From NCBI GenBank assembly GCA_025964255.1, contig JAOPZF010000188.1, positions 3,374 to 67,373 on the forward strand: a DNA stretch of 64,000 bases, in the 5' to 3' direction. Under the pieces are notes generated by a model, which made no database searches, was not told the origin of the DNA, and saw only the letters and a list, made by a program, of their open reading frames with translations. Numbering within the stretch: position 1 is the first letter of the stretch; every line of letters begins with the position of its first letter. This document shows positions 9,360-18,940 of the stretch, piece by piece. The position numbers were made by a program, and so were the translations under genes. This stretch comes from Solirubrobacterales bacterium (GTDB lineage: Bacteria > Actinomycetota > Thermoleophilia > Solirubrobacterales > 70-9).

Positions 9360-10661
9360 GTGGCCCAGCTCGGCGAATGGTCCAACTGGGCGGGCGATCA
9401 GCGCTGCCGGCCGGCGCGGGTGGCGGCGCCGCGGACGGTCGAGGAGCTCGCCGAGGCGATCGGCGGCGCTGCGGCGGCCGGGCAGAAGGTCTCGATCGCG
9501 GGCTCCGGCCACTCGTTCACCGAGACGGCGATGACCGACGGGACGATGGTCGAGGTCGAGGCCCTGCGCGGCGTCCTCGACGCCGACCCGGAGAGCGGCC
9601 TGGTCCGGGTCGGTGGCGGCACCGTGCTGCGCGAGCTGAACACGGCGCTCGCCGGGCTCGGCCTGGCGCTGGAGAACCTCGGCGACATCGACGCGCAGAC
9701 CGTCGCCGGCGCGATCTCGACCGGCACCCATGGGACCGGCGCGACCTACGCCAACATCTCCTCGCGGGTCGAGGCGATCGAGCTGGTGCTCGCCGACGGC
9801 AGCGTGCGCGAGCTGACCGCAGCGGGTGAGCCGGAGCTGCTGCGCGCGGCCCGGATCGGCGTCGGCGCGCTCGGCGCGATCAGCGCCGTCACCCTCCGCT
9901 GCTTCCCCGCCTTCGTCCTCGAGCGGGTCGACGAGCCGCGCCCACGCGAGGAGGTGTTGGGCCGCTTCGAGGAGCTCGCCGAGGCCAACGACCACTTCGA
10001 GTTCTTCACCTTCCCCTACTCCGATCGGGCGCTGGTGCTGGAGCGCAACCGGGTCGACTCACCGCCGAGGCCCCGTGGGGTCGCCGCCTTCCTCAACGAC
10101 ATCGTGCTGGAGAACTGGACGCTCGAGGCGCTCGCCGCGACCGGCAAGGCGATCCCGCGGACGATCCCGTCCCTCGCCCGCTTCGCCGGTTGGGTCGCGA
10201 GCGGCGGCCGCACCGTCGACCACAGCCACCGCGTCTTCGTCAACCAGCGCAAAGTCCGCTTCACCGAGATGGAGTACGGGGTGCCGCTCGAGCACGGCCC
10301 GACCGCGGTCCGGCGAGTGATCGAGTGGATCCGCCAGAACCGCTTCCCCGTCTTCTTCCCGATCGAGGTCCGCGTAACGGCCGGCGACGACGCCGACCTC
10401 AGCGCCGCCCACGAACGCCCGACCGCCTACATCGCCGTCCATCAGTACCGCGGCATGGAGTGGCGCCCCTACTTCGAGGCCGTCGAGTCGATCATGAACG
10501 ACTACGGTGGCCGCCCCCACTGGGGCAAGCGCCATTTCCAGACGGCGGCGACTCTGGCACCTCGGTACCCGAAGTGGGCCGAGTTCCAGAAAGCCCGCGA
10601 CGAGCTCGACCCGCAGCGCGTCTTCACCAACGAGTACGCCGCCCGCGTCCTCGGTCCTTAG
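9360..10661 (+). CDS. FAD-linked L-gulono-1,4-lactone / D-arabinono-1,4-lactone oxidase-dehydrogenase family protein
   Basis: NWAGDQRCRP...VSIAGSGHSFT FAD_binding_4 N-terminus. ALO-type C-terminus (GGRPHWGKRH, DPQRVFTNEY). GTG start with GGAGG SD. Confidence 0.85.
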   Translation: MAQLGEWSNWAGDQRCRPARVAAPRTVEELAEAIGGAAAAGQKVSIAGSGHSFTETAMTDGTMVEVEALRGVLDADPESGLVRVGGGTVLRELNTALAGLGLALENLGDIDAQTVAGAISTGTHGTGATYANISSRVEAIELVLADGSVRELTAAGEPELLRAARIGVGALGAISAVTLRCFPAFVLERVDEPRPREEVLGRFEELAEANDHFEFFTFPYSDRALVLERNRVDSPPRPRGVAAFLNDIVLENWTLEALAATGKAIPRTIPSLARFAGWVASGGRTVDHSHRVFVNQRKVRFTEMEYGVPLEHGPTAVRRVIEWIRQNRFPVFFPIEVRVTAGDDADLSAAHERPTAYIAVHQYRGMEWRPYFEAVESIMNDYGGRPHWGKRHFQTAATLAPRYPKWAEFQKARDELDPQRVFTNEYAARVLGP

Positions 10662-10777
10662 GCGAGCGAAAACCAAGCCCGGCAAGGACGCAGGGAGGAC
10701 GACGAGGGGAACGCACTCCGGTGCGTGACCCGAAGGTGTCCGACCGAGGACACCGCCAGGCGCCGGTTTGCAGCCGC

Positions 10778-11989
10778 CTAGAGGAAGGTTTTGCCCTCGC
10801 CGCGATAGGTAGGGACGACGTCGACGATCTCGTCGCCTTCGACGAGATGCAGGAAGTTGAAGCGTTCGCACAGCTCGCCCGCCTTGGCGTGCCTCATGTA
10901 GACGCGGTCGCCAACCTGCAGGTCCGCGGCCGGAGGTCCCAGGAGCGGGGTCTGGACCTCACCGGCGCCCTCCTCGGGGTCCAGCTTCAAACCTTTCGGC
11001 AGCCACGGGGACGGGACGCGGGAGGGATCGCCCGGGCCCGAGGCGACGTAGCCGCCGCCAAGCGCGGTCGCCATCTCCGGCGTCGGCTTGCGGACGATCG
11101 GCAGGGCGAAGCCTGCGGCCGGGGTCGGCGTGAAGCGGTCGTAGTGGTCGAAGAGGGTGGGGGCGTAGAAGCCGGAGCCGGCGGTCACCTCGGTGACGGC
11201 CTCCTCGGCGCCGGTCGTCTCGAGGCTGCCGGTGCCGCCGCCGTTGACGATCGGCAGCTCGCAGAACTCGCCGATCGCGGCGACGATCGCCGCCCGCCGC
11301 TCGGCCAGCTCCTTCGCCGAGCGCTTCTGCATGAAGCGGATCGCGGCGCCGCGCAGGCGGCGGCCCGGGGGCCGGTCGGGGACGCCGGCGATCTGGCCCT
11401 CGTAGGACATCAGCGCGTCGAGTTCGATCTGCGGCCGGCGTTCGATCTCGCGCCCCAGCGCGACCGCCTGCTCGACCGTGTGGACCGGCGAGCGCTTCGG
11501 CCCGACTTTGATCCGCCCACCGAGCGCCCACCAGCTGGCGTCGATGTCGATGCAGACGCGGATCGGCGGCGCGTCGGCGCCGAGCACCGACTCGATCGCC
11601 TCCAGGTGCTCGACGCAATCGACCATCACCAGCGGCGACCGTTCGGGATCGCCGGCCGACCGCAGCGCCAGCTCCCGCAGCGCCGACGAGTCGGCGGTCG
11701 GGTAGGCGAGCAGCAGGTCGGTGTGGCCGCTTTCGGCGAGCCAGAGGGTCTCGGGCAGCGTGTAGGTCATCAGCCCGGTGAAGCGCGCGTCGCGGCCGAG
11801 GATCTCCTCGATCAGCGCCCGGCAGCGGATCGACTTGGTCGCCACGCGGACCGGCTTGCGCCCCGCACGGTCGAGCAGCGCGTCCGCGTTGGCCCACATT
11901 GCGTCGAGGTCGACGAAGGCAAACGGCGCCTCGACCGCCTCGAAGATTCGCTCGTAGCGTTGGTGCGACTGCGGGGGCGGACTCGACAC
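10778..11989 (-). CDS. PLP-dependent alanine-racemase-fold amino-acid deaminase/aldolase (DSD1-like)
   Basis: VRVATKSIRC PLP-lysine context. Overall resemblance to the D-serine dehydratase-like / D-threonine aldolase family. Confidence 0.65.
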   Translation of the reverse strand: MSSPPPQSHQRYERIFEAVEAPFAFVDLDAMWANADALLDRAGRKPVRVATKSIRCRALIEEILGRDARFTGLMTYTLPETLWLAESGHTDLLLAYPTADSSALRELALRSAGDPERSPLVMVDCVEHLEAIESVLGADAPPIRVCIDIDASWWALGGRIKVGPKRSPVHTVEQAVALGREIERRPQIELDALMSYEGQIAGVPDRPPGRRLRGAAIRFMQKRSAKELAERRAAIVAAIGEFCELPIVNGGGTGSLETTGAEEAVTEVTAGSGFYAPTLFDHYDRFTPTPAAGFALPIVRKPTPEMATALGGGYVASGPGDPSRVPSPWLPKGLKLDPEEGAGEVQTPLLGPPAADLQVGDRVYMRHAKAGELCERFNFLHLVEGDEIVDVVPTYRGEGKTFL

Positions 11990-12071
11990 CCGCCCCAGCC
12001 TATCCCCGCGATCCCCGGTCAGTACCTACAATCCCATCTCGCGACGGCCGCGAAAGGTCGCCGCGCGGTCC

Positions 12072-12160
12072 GGAGAGGTGGCCGAGTGGCTGAAGGCACT
12101 CGCCTGCTAAGCGAGTAGGGGGCGCAAGCTCTCTCGAGGGTTCGAATCCCTCCCTCTCCG
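12072..12160 (+). tRNA. tRNA-Ser (anticodon GCU)
   Basis: GGAGAGG...CCTCTCC acceptor stem, anticodon loop CUGCUAA, long variable arm, GGTTCGAATCC T-loop. Confidence 0.9.
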
Positions 12161-12207
12161 TTTGCGCTCCGCGGTGCCCGGCGAAGACTCCTCGGCCGCG
12201 GGGCCGT

Positions 12208-12930
12208 TCAGTTGCCGTTCGGCTCGCCCGGCTGTCCGTCGACGCCAGCCGACGTGTCGGTGGTCTTTGTGGGGTTCCCGTTCGACGGCGGCGGCGATGG
12301 CGCGCTCGTATCGCCTTCGATGACCCCGACCTGGGCGGCGTTGTTCTGAAGTTCTTCGACCTTGGCGCGGAAGGCGGCCGAGGCACCGTCACCAGCGTAG
12401 TCGCCGGCCTTGAAGACATATCGCCAGCCCTGTGCCCGGAGGCTGACGGCCAGGGCACGGCGCTGGTTGGCTCTGACGCCGAACCGGAACTGCTGTGAGA
12501 TGCCGCCGACCACTGCGACGATGAGGCCGATGGCGAAGATGATCCAAGCGGCGGCGCTGCCTTTGCTGGCGCCTGCGGCCGCGGTGATGCCCGAGGTGGC
12601 AAAGCCCCCACCGATCACCAATAGGCTGAGGCCGAGAAAGGTGAACGAGTTCCAGTTGGCTTTGATCAGCCAACTGCGCAGCGGATAGCGGAATTGCGAC
12701 GCGACCCATGCCTTGTTCCCGCCGGCGGGCGCCGCAGCGTCGTCCTTGTCCATCCGCTCGAGGACGAGGTTGGAGAGCTGGGCGATCTCGATCAGTTCGA
12801 ACTCCTGAACCCTCCCGAGGCGCTGGAGCAGCGTGGGCTTGTGGTCTTCAAAAGTCTTCTCGTGAGTCACCGGAGTGGCAGTGGTCTGCGCGATTGAAGA
12901 GGGCATGGCGCGATGACTATCACGCTTCAA
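12208..12930 (-). CDS. two-TM membrane protein, possibly SLATT/DUF4231-like
   Basis: Two adjacent TM helices (FTFLGLSLLVIGGGF, AAWIIFAIGLIVAVVGG) followed by ISQQFRFG..RANQRRALAVSLRAQGWRYV, then a low-complexity P/G/T tail. The family assignment is from pattern memory only. Confidence 0.4.
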   Translation of the reverse strand: MKRDSHRAMPSSIAQTTATPVTHEKTFEDHKPTLLQRLGRVQEFELIEIAQLSNLVLERMDKDDAAAPAGGNKAWVASQFRYPLRSWLIKANWNSFTFLGLSLLVIGGGFATSGITAAAGASKGSAAAWIIFAIGLIVAVVGGISQQFRFGVRANQRRALAVSLRAQGWRYVFKAGDYAGDGASAAFRAKVEELQNNAAQVGVIEGDTSAPSPPPSNGNPTKTTDTSAGVDGQPGEPNGN

Positions 12931-13000
12931 ACGAACTTGCCTGTTTGTTCAGAGAGAACTGCAGAGACGGGAGCGAGCGGCGCGCCCGCGAGGAGCCAGT

Positions 13001-14482
13001 TCAGTGCTTTGCGGCGATGACGACTCTCGCGCCCTTGGCGGGGATCATCGTCACGTTGCGGTGCATGGCTCGCTCGGGGGCCGGGGTCTCGGCTTCGAGG
13101 TCGAGGCGGCGGGCCATGGTGGTGAGGACTACTCGTTGCTCGGCCATCGCGAGAGCGGCGCCGAGGCAGCGGCGTATTCCTCCTCCGAAGGGGATCCAGT
13201 CGTAGGTGCCGGGCTTGCGGCCGAGGAAGCGCTCGGGGCGGAAGGCGAAGGGGTCGGGGTAGACGTCCTCGCGGTGGTGGACGAGGAGGATCGACATCGC
13301 GATCGCGGTGCCGGGCTCGATCGCGTAGTCGCCGAGGCGCCAGGGGACCTGGACGCGGCGGCCGATGATCGGGATCACCGGGCGGGAGCGCATGGTCTCG
13401 ACGATCGTCGCCTCGACCCGCTCCTCGGTGGACTCGCCGTCGGGGCCGACGCCGCCGCGGACCGCCGCCAGGAGCGCCTCGTGCGGTCCCGGATTGCGCA
13501 CGAGGCGCTCCCACGCCCAGGCCAGAGAATTGGCCGTCGTCTCGTGGCCCGCGAGCACCAGGGTCAGGAGCTCGTCGCGGAGTTCTTTGTCGTCGAGCGC
13601 CTCGCCCTCCTCGGTCCGCGCCTGCAGCAGCAGCGAGAGGATGTCCTGGCGCTCCTCGAGGTCGGTCGCCGCGCGCCGCTCGCGAATCACCGCGTAGGTC
13701 GGACGGTCGATCATCCCGAGCGCGAACTTCAGGAGGCCCATCGGCTCCTCGCGGCCGACGTGCATCAGTTCGGTCAGCTGCGCGGTCGGCCAGGTCGATG
13801 ACGCGACCGTCTTGCGGATCGCGAGCCGCAGTGCCGCCTCCGGCGTCCCCGGCGCGGGCTTGCCCTCGACGCCGAAGATCCCGGCCATGATCACGTCGAG
13901 GGTGATCGCCTGCATCCGCGGCGCCAGCGCGAAGGCCTCGCCGACCGGCCAGCGGTCGATCTCCCGTTCGGCCGCCTCGGTGATCATCTCGACGTACTGC
14001 GCGATCGCCTCGCCGTGGAAGGGCGGCAGCAGCAGTTTGCGCTGGCGCATGTGGCGGGGGCCGACCGCGGTCAGCACCGAGTTCGGGCCGAGGATCGGCC
14101 GCAGCGGCGACTCGCCGGTCAGCGACGGCGCCAGCTCGGGTTTCGCCGTGAAGAGGGATTTGACGTGGTCCGGGTGGCTGGTGATGACGGGGCCGTCGGG
14201 GATCACGCCGCGCATCCGGAACGTCTCGCCGAGCTCACGCCGGTAACGGAAGACGAACTCGATCTGGCGGATGCTGAAGCGCATCGTCTGGGACAGCTGC
14301 GGAAGCGGGATATCGGGAGGGGTGGCGAGCGTCGCCGCCTCAGCCGCGTCGATCGGCCCGGCGGGGGAGGGCGGCGCGGCGCCGACGAGCTCCGGGTAGA
14401 GCGGCGCGGTCACCTCGGCGGCGCGCTCCGGCTGGGAGGGCGCCTCGCGGCCGGGCTCGACTGCGCTGGGGGTTGAGGCCAT
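13001..14482 (-). CDS. cytochrome P450
   Basis: Heme-ligand loop FGGGIRRCLGAALA, EXXR (ETMR) and AGHETT I-helix motif. Start taken at MASTPS. Confidence 0.9.
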   Translation of the reverse strand: MASTPSAVEPGREAPSQPERAAEVTAPLYPELVGAAPPSPAGPIDAAEAATLATPPDIPLPQLSQTMRFSIRQIEFVFRYRRELGETFRMRGVIPDGPVITSHPDHVKSLFTAKPELAPSLTGESPLRPILGPNSVLTAVGPRHMRQRKLLLPPFHGEAIAQYVEMITEAAEREIDRWPVGEAFALAPRMQAITLDVIMAGIFGVEGKPAPGTPEAALRLAIRKTVASSTWPTAQLTELMHVGREEPMGLLKFALGMIDRPTYAVIRERRAATDLEERQDILSLLLQARTEEGEALDDKELRDELLTLVLAGHETTANSLAWAWERLVRNPGPHEALLAAVRGGVGPDGESTEERVEATIVETMRSRPVIPIIGRRVQVPWRLGDYAIEPGTAIAMSILLVHHREDVYPDPFAFRPERFLGRKPGTYDWIPFGGGIRRCLGAALAMAEQRVVLTTMARRLDLEAETPAPERAMHRNVTMIPAKGARVVIAAKH

Positions 14483-14657
14483 GTCGGGAAAGTGACATAG
14501 ATCGATGTCACGGTCAACCGGAGCCATCTCACACACGGTGGCGTGCGGACGACGGGAGCGAGCGCGGTCGACCTGCGTTCCGCGCACCACCCATCCGTAC
14601 GCCCCGGTCACTGCCCGTTCACCGGCGGTCGCCGTCGCTCACTACTCTGGGACGCGA

Positions 14658-16106
14658 ATGTCCAGCTATCCCCTCGCCCAGCCCACCGCCCACCTCGAGC
14701 GGCGCACCAAGATCATCGCCACGGTCGGCCCGGCCTCGTGGGATCTCGGCGTGCTCGAGCAGCTGATCGCCGCCGGCGCCGACGTCTTCCGCCTCAACTT
14801 CTCCCACGCCGGCCCCGACAAACACGCGCAGACGATCGAGACGATCCGCAAGGCGTCCGCCACGCTCGGCCGCGAGGTGGCGATCCTCGGCGACCTGCCC
14901 GGTCCGAAGCTCCGCATCGGCAACCTCCGCGATGACTACGCCGAGCTCGAGACCGGCATGCACGTCACCCTGACCCCGCAGGATCTGCTCGGCGACCGCG
15001 ACACGATCCCGGTCTCCTGGCCCGGCGTCACCGACCTGCAGGAGAACCAGCTCGTCTACCTCGCCGACGGCGCGATCCGGCTGCGCGTCGCCGACCGCCT
15101 CGATGGCGCCGTCGACGCCGAGGTCGAGGTCGGCGGCACGCTCAGCTCACATAAGGGGATGAACATCCCTGGCGGCGCCGAACTGCCCGCCGCGACCGAG
15201 AGCGACCTCGGCTGGGTCGACTTCGCGGTCAAGGAAGGGATCGACCTGATCGCCGTCTCCTTCGTCTCCTCGGCCGCCGACCTGATCCCTGTCAACGAGC
15301 GCCTGCGCAGCCTCGGCTCCGACATTCCGTTGATCGCGAAGATCGAGCGCGCCCAGGCGGCAGTCAACGTCGAGGAGATCGTCGAGGCGGCGACCGGCGG
15401 GATCATGGTCGCCCGCGGCGATCTCGGCATCGAAGTGCCGCTGGCCGAGGTGCCGGTCCTGCAGAAGCGCCTGATCCGGACCGCCGGGCGCCAGTCGAAG
15501 CCGGTCGTGACGGCGACGCAGATGCTCGCCTCGATGGTGACCGCGCGCCGCCCGACCCGCGCCGAGGTGACCGACGTCGCCAACGCGATCTACGACGGCA
15601 CCGACGCGATCATGCTCTCCGAGGAGACCGCGGTCGGCGAGAACCCGGTCGAGGCGGTCCGCGTGATGGACCGGATCGCACGCGCGACCGAGCCCGACCT
15701 GCGCTACGGCGAGTGGCTCTTCAGCCGCACCGATCAGGCGACCCAGGACGTCGCCGACTCGGTCGCCCAGAGCGCCGTCGGTGCGGTCTACCGGCTCGGG
15801 CTGAAAGCGCTGGTCGTGCCGACGACGAGCGGGCGGACGGCGCGGATCCTCTCCGCCCATCGGCCCAACGTGCCGGTGCTGGCGCTCTCGCCACGGCTGG
15901 AGACGGTGCGCCGGCTGTCGCTCCTCTTCGGCGTGACCGCGGTGCAGAGCCCGCCGAACGAGGACATCCGCGCGCTGCTCGAGGACTGCGCCGCGATCGC
16001 CCTCAAACACGGCATCGCCCACTCCGGCGAGCTGATCGGCATCACCGCCGGCCTGCCCGACCAGGAACTGGGCACGAACCTCTTCGAGGTCCACCGGGTC
16101 CCGTAG
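14658..16106 (+). CDS. pyk: pyruvate kinase
   Basis: RRTKIIATVGPAS, FRLNFSHA, MVARGDLGIE and MLSEETAVG motifs. Confidence 0.95.
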   Translation: MSSYPLAQPTAHLERRTKIIATVGPASWDLGVLEQLIAAGADVFRLNFSHAGPDKHAQTIETIRKASATLGREVAILGDLPGPKLRIGNLRDDYAELETGMHVTLTPQDLLGDRDTIPVSWPGVTDLQENQLVYLADGAIRLRVADRLDGAVDAEVEVGGTLSSHKGMNIPGGAELPAATESDLGWVDFAVKEGIDLIAVSFVSSAADLIPVNERLRSLGSDIPLIAKIERAQAAVNVEEIVEAATGGIMVARGDLGIEVPLAEVPVLQKRLIRTAGRQSKPVVTATQMLASMVTARRPTRAEVTDVANAIYDGTDAIMLSEETAVGENPVEAVRVMDRIARATEPDLRYGEWLFSRTDQATQDVADSVAQSAVGAVYRLGLKALVVPTTSGRTARILSAHRPNVPVLALSPRLETVRRLSLLFGVTAVQSPPNEDIRALLEDCAAIALKHGIAHSGELIGITAGLPDQELGTNLFEVHRVP

Positions 16107-16125
16107 CGCTGGGTAGGCTCCCCCC

Positions 16126-16920
16126 ATGGGAGATGACCGACAGCCTGTTGTCCGGGTCGAAGCGGAACCGAACGGCCTCACCGTCCTCACGCTCGACAGC
16201 CCGCCGCTGAACCTCTTCGATCGGGCGATGATCGACGACCTCGGCGTCGCGATCCGGGCGCTGGCCGAGGAGCCGCCGCGGGCGGTCCTGATCAACGCCG
16301 ACGGCCGCGCCGTCTCCGCCGGCGTCGACGTCCACATGTTCGACGGCCTCACCCCGGAGACGGGCGCGGCGCTCTGGACCGAACTGCTGAAGCTGATCGA
16401 CGCGATCGAAGAGCTGCCCGCGCCGGTCGTCTTCGCCGCCCACGCGCTGACCCTGACCGCCGCCTTCGAGCTGGCGCTCGCCTGCGACCTGATCGTCGCC
16501 ACCCCCGGCGCTCGCTTCGGGCTGGTCGAGAAAGTCGTCGGCCTGACCCCGTCGATGGGCGGCACCCAGCGGCTCGCCGAGCGCGCCGGCTCCGGCCGTG
16601 CCCGCCAGTTCGTCATGCGCGGGGACCTCTTCGACGCGGTCGAGCTGGAGCGCTGGGGCGTCGTCAACGAGATTTATCCGGAGGAGGAGTTCGCGGCGCT
16701 CTCGCGGGCGCTCGCCGATGAGCTCGCCGCCGGCCCGACCAAGGCCCACGCGATGACCAAGCGGATCCTGCGGCGCTTCCGCGAAGGCGGCATCCCGGCG
16801 GCCGACGAGGCGGTGCGGACCGAGGCGGCGGAGCTGTTCGCGAGCGAGGATCTGCAGAACGCCGTGCGGACGTTCCTCGAGCACGGCGGCCCGGGGCACG
16901 CGGAGTTCAACGGCCGATAG
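16126..16920 (+). CDS. enoyl-CoA hydratase/isomerase (crotonase) family protein
   Basis: Crotonase-fold pattern (LTLDSPPLNLF, AVSAGVDV, ACDLIVA). Confidence 0.8.
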   Translation: MGDDRQPVVRVEAEPNGLTVLTLDSPPLNLFDRAMIDDLGVAIRALAEEPPRAVLINADGRAVSAGVDVHMFDGLTPETGAALWTELLKLIDAIEELPAPVVFAAHALTLTAAFELALACDLIVATPGARFGLVEKVVGLTPSMGGTQRLAERAGSGRARQFVMRGDLFDAVELERWGVVNEIYPEEEFAALSRALADELAAGPTKAHAMTKRILRRFREGGIPAADEAVRTEAAELFASEDLQNAVRTFLEHGGPGHAEFNGR

Positions 16921-16929
16921 GGTCTCGCG

Positions 16930-17391
16930 ATGGATATCGACTTCGACGCGGTCGCCAAAGGCATGGCGATCGCCGTGCCGTACATCGCCCACATGGGTAT
17001 CGAGGTCACGTCGATGTCGGAGGGCGAGGCGACGGCGGTCCTGCCCGACCGCCCCGAGCTCCACAACCACGTCGGCAGCCAGCACGCCGGGGCGCTCTTC
17101 GGGGTCGCCGAGACGGCGAGCGGGGCGGCCTTCGTCGGCGCCTTCGCCGCGCGGATGGGCGACGTGACGCCGCTCGCGCGCAGCGCCGAGATCGCCTACT
17201 CGAAGGTCGCGCGCGGCCCGATCGAGGCGAAGGCGCGGCTGACGAAGCCCGCCGCCGATGCGCTCGCCACCCTCGACGCCGAGTGCCGCGTCGACTTCTC
17301 GGTCGAGGTTGAGCTGACCGACGCCGAGGGCGCCACCGTCGCCACCGCGACGGTCGACTGGAACGTCAAGCTCAAAGACCCAGAGTCCTGA
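16930..17391 (+). CDS. hotdog-fold thioesterase (PaaI/DUF4442-like)
   Basis: HNHVGSQHAGALFGVAETASG core motif. Size about 150 aa. Confidence 0.65.
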   Translation: MDIDFDAVAKGMAIAVPYIAHMGIEVTSMSEGEATAVLPDRPELHNHVGSQHAGALFGVAETASGAAFVGAFAARMGDVTPLARSAEIAYSKVARGPIEAKARLTKPAADALATLDAECRVDFSVEVELTDAEGATVATATVDWNVKLKDPES

Positions 17392-17408
17392 GCAGCAAAG
17401 GAGGGACG

Positions 17409-18212
17409 ATGGCCGCGATCCGGATGACGGAGGTGGACGTGTGGCGCTGGGTCGCCGCCGAGGAGCGCCGCGCGGTGCTCCTGCGCGGGGTGAACTGGAC
17501 GGTCGAGCGGGGCGAGCACTGGGTGGTCCTCGGCCCGAACGGGGCCGGCAAGACGACGCTGCTCAGCATGGCGGCGGCCTTCTCCCATCCCTCGGAGGGG
17601 ACGGTCGAGGTGCTCGGGCAGACGCTCGGCGCGGTCGACATGCGGACTCTGCGCGAGTCGATCGGGACGCTCGAGCCGGCACTGTCGCGGCGGATCCAGG
17701 GCCGCTACACCGGCTACGAGGTGGTACTGACCGGGGCGACCGGGAGCATCGCGCTCCTCCACGACCGGGTCACCGACGACGACCGCGCCCGGGCCGACCG
17801 CCTGATCGGCGAAATCGGCGTCGAGCACCTGCGCGAGCGCCGCTTCGAGGACTGCTCGCAGGGGGAGCGCCAGCGCCTCCTCCTCGCCCGGTCCCTGATG
17901 GACGAACCCCAGCTGCTCCTCCTCGACGAGCCCACCACTGGCCTCGACCTGCCCTCCCGCGAGCGCCTGATCGCCTCCCTCGACACGATGGCCGAGGCCA
18001 ACCTCGACCTCCCCACGGTGATCGTCACCCACCACCTCGAGGAGATCCCCTCGACCACCACCCACGCCCTTCTCCTCCGCGACGGCGGCATCGTCGCGGC
18101 GGGCCAGATCGGCGCCGTCCTCACCTCCGAGGCGGTCTCCGAGACCTTCGACATCGAGGTCCAAGTCGCCCACAACACCGGCCGCTGGGCCGCGATGGTC
18201 GTCCGTAGCTAG
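17409..18212 (+). CDS. ABC transporter ATP-binding protein
   Basis: Walker A GPNGAGKTTLL, signature SQGERQRLLLAR, Walker B LLLLDEPT. Confidence 0.9.
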   Translation: MAAIRMTEVDVWRWVAAEERRAVLLRGVNWTVERGEHWVVLGPNGAGKTTLLSMAAAFSHPSEGTVEVLGQTLGAVDMRTLRESIGTLEPALSRRIQGRYTGYEVVLTGATGSIALLHDRVTDDDRARADRLIGEIGVEHLRERRFEDCSQGERQRLLLARSLMDEPQLLLLDEPTTGLDLPSRERLIASLDTMAEANLDLPTVIVTHHLEEIPSTTTHALLLRDGGIVAAGQIGAVLTSEAVSETFDIEVQVAHNTGRWAAMVVRS

Positions 18213-18264
18213 AATCTCCGCCTCCCGCGGAGCGGCCGCCCCCGTGCGCCCACTCCGCCGGCAT

Positions 18265-18338
18265 GCGCCCGTAGCTCAGCCGGATAGAGCGTCGGTCTAC
18301 GAAACCGAAGGTCACTGGTTCGAATCCAGTCGGGCGCA
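18265..18338 (+). tRNA. tRNA-Arg (anticodon ACG); integration target of the downstream islets
   Basis: GCGCCCG...CGGGCGC acceptor stem plus discriminator A, anticodon loop CUACGAA, GGTTCGAATCC T-loop. Its 3' half recurs four more times downstream. Confidence 0.9.
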
Positions 18339-18448
18339 TTCGCGCATTCCGCTTGCCTATTGGTTTTGCGGCTTCTCCGGCGCTCAATCTGAGGACGAAA
18401 TGGAGCCGTGGGGCACGGCATGGGGCACGGTGACGTCGAAGGAGTGGC

Positions 18449-18940
18449 TCAATTAGCCTTGAGATCCAGTCCAGCGCCCTGCACTTTTCTGGGATGTTCG
18501 CTTCCGCCCAGAGCCCGCGAAATTCGCTCCACCGCGTCCGTCGACACCTCGTGCTCCCACACCCTGATGACGGTCCACCCGGCGGTGCTCAGCTGGGCCT
18601 CATTCAGGCGGTCTCGCTCGACGTTTCGGCCGATCTTGGCGCGCCAATAACCAGCGTTCGTCTTCGGGCTCGTTCCGTGGTCGGGGCAGCCGTGCCAGAA
18701 GCAGCCGTCCACAAAGACGGCCACCTTCTTACGCGGGAAGACGATGTCCGCTCGGCAGCGGAGCGTTGCGATCGGCCTCGTATCGACTCGATATCGGAAT
18801 CCGCGTCGATGAAGCTCAGAGCGGATGGCCAGCTCAGGGCGAGTGTCCCGCTTGCGGTTCCCCTGCATCGCTGCCCTAACAGCTGGCGACGAAGCTTCGG
18901 GCGCTTTGGGAACGGTGATGATCGGTCGTCTGGCGCTCAT
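18449..18940 (-). CDS. vsr: very short patch repair endonuclease (Vsr)
   Basis: RPELAIRSELHRRGFRYR, DIVFPRKKVAVFVDGCFWHGC and YWRAKI motifs. Confidence 0.9.
   Translation of the reverse strand: MSARRPIITVPKAPEASSPAVRAAMQGNRKRDTRPELAIRSELHRRGFRYRVDTRPIATLRCRADIVFPRKKVAVFVDGCFWHGCPDHGTSPKTNAGYWRAKIGRNVERDRLNEAQLSTAGWTVIRVWEHEVSTDAVERISRALGGSEHPRKVQGAGLDLKAN

Noticed and set aside
7061-9385. 774-aa ORF in the supplied track.
   Set aside because: It is a chimera. Only the last about 315 codons (7061..8008, starting at a signal peptide) look like protein. Upstream it reads through the tRNA-Ser gene and runs antisense to the MFS transporter, with Arg/Asp/Gly-rich junk composition.
10190-12118. 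642-aa plus-strand ORF.
   Set aside because: It overlaps the lactone-oxidase 3' end in another frame, then runs antisense to the DSD1-like gene and into the tRNA-Ser. Its Arg/Pro-rich composition indicates an artefact.
15147-17085. 506-aa and 347-aa minus-strand ORFs.
   Set aside because: They are antisense to pyruvate kinase, enoyl-CoA hydratase and the hotdog thioesterase.
18408-18650. 80-aa ORF beginning MGHGMGHG (and similar ORFs at 28041..28352 and 28057..28245).
   Set aside because: The His-Gly repeat is the translation of the TGGGGCACG DNA repeat found at the att arms. The rest overlaps vsr antisense. I treat it as a DNA-level signal, not a peptide.
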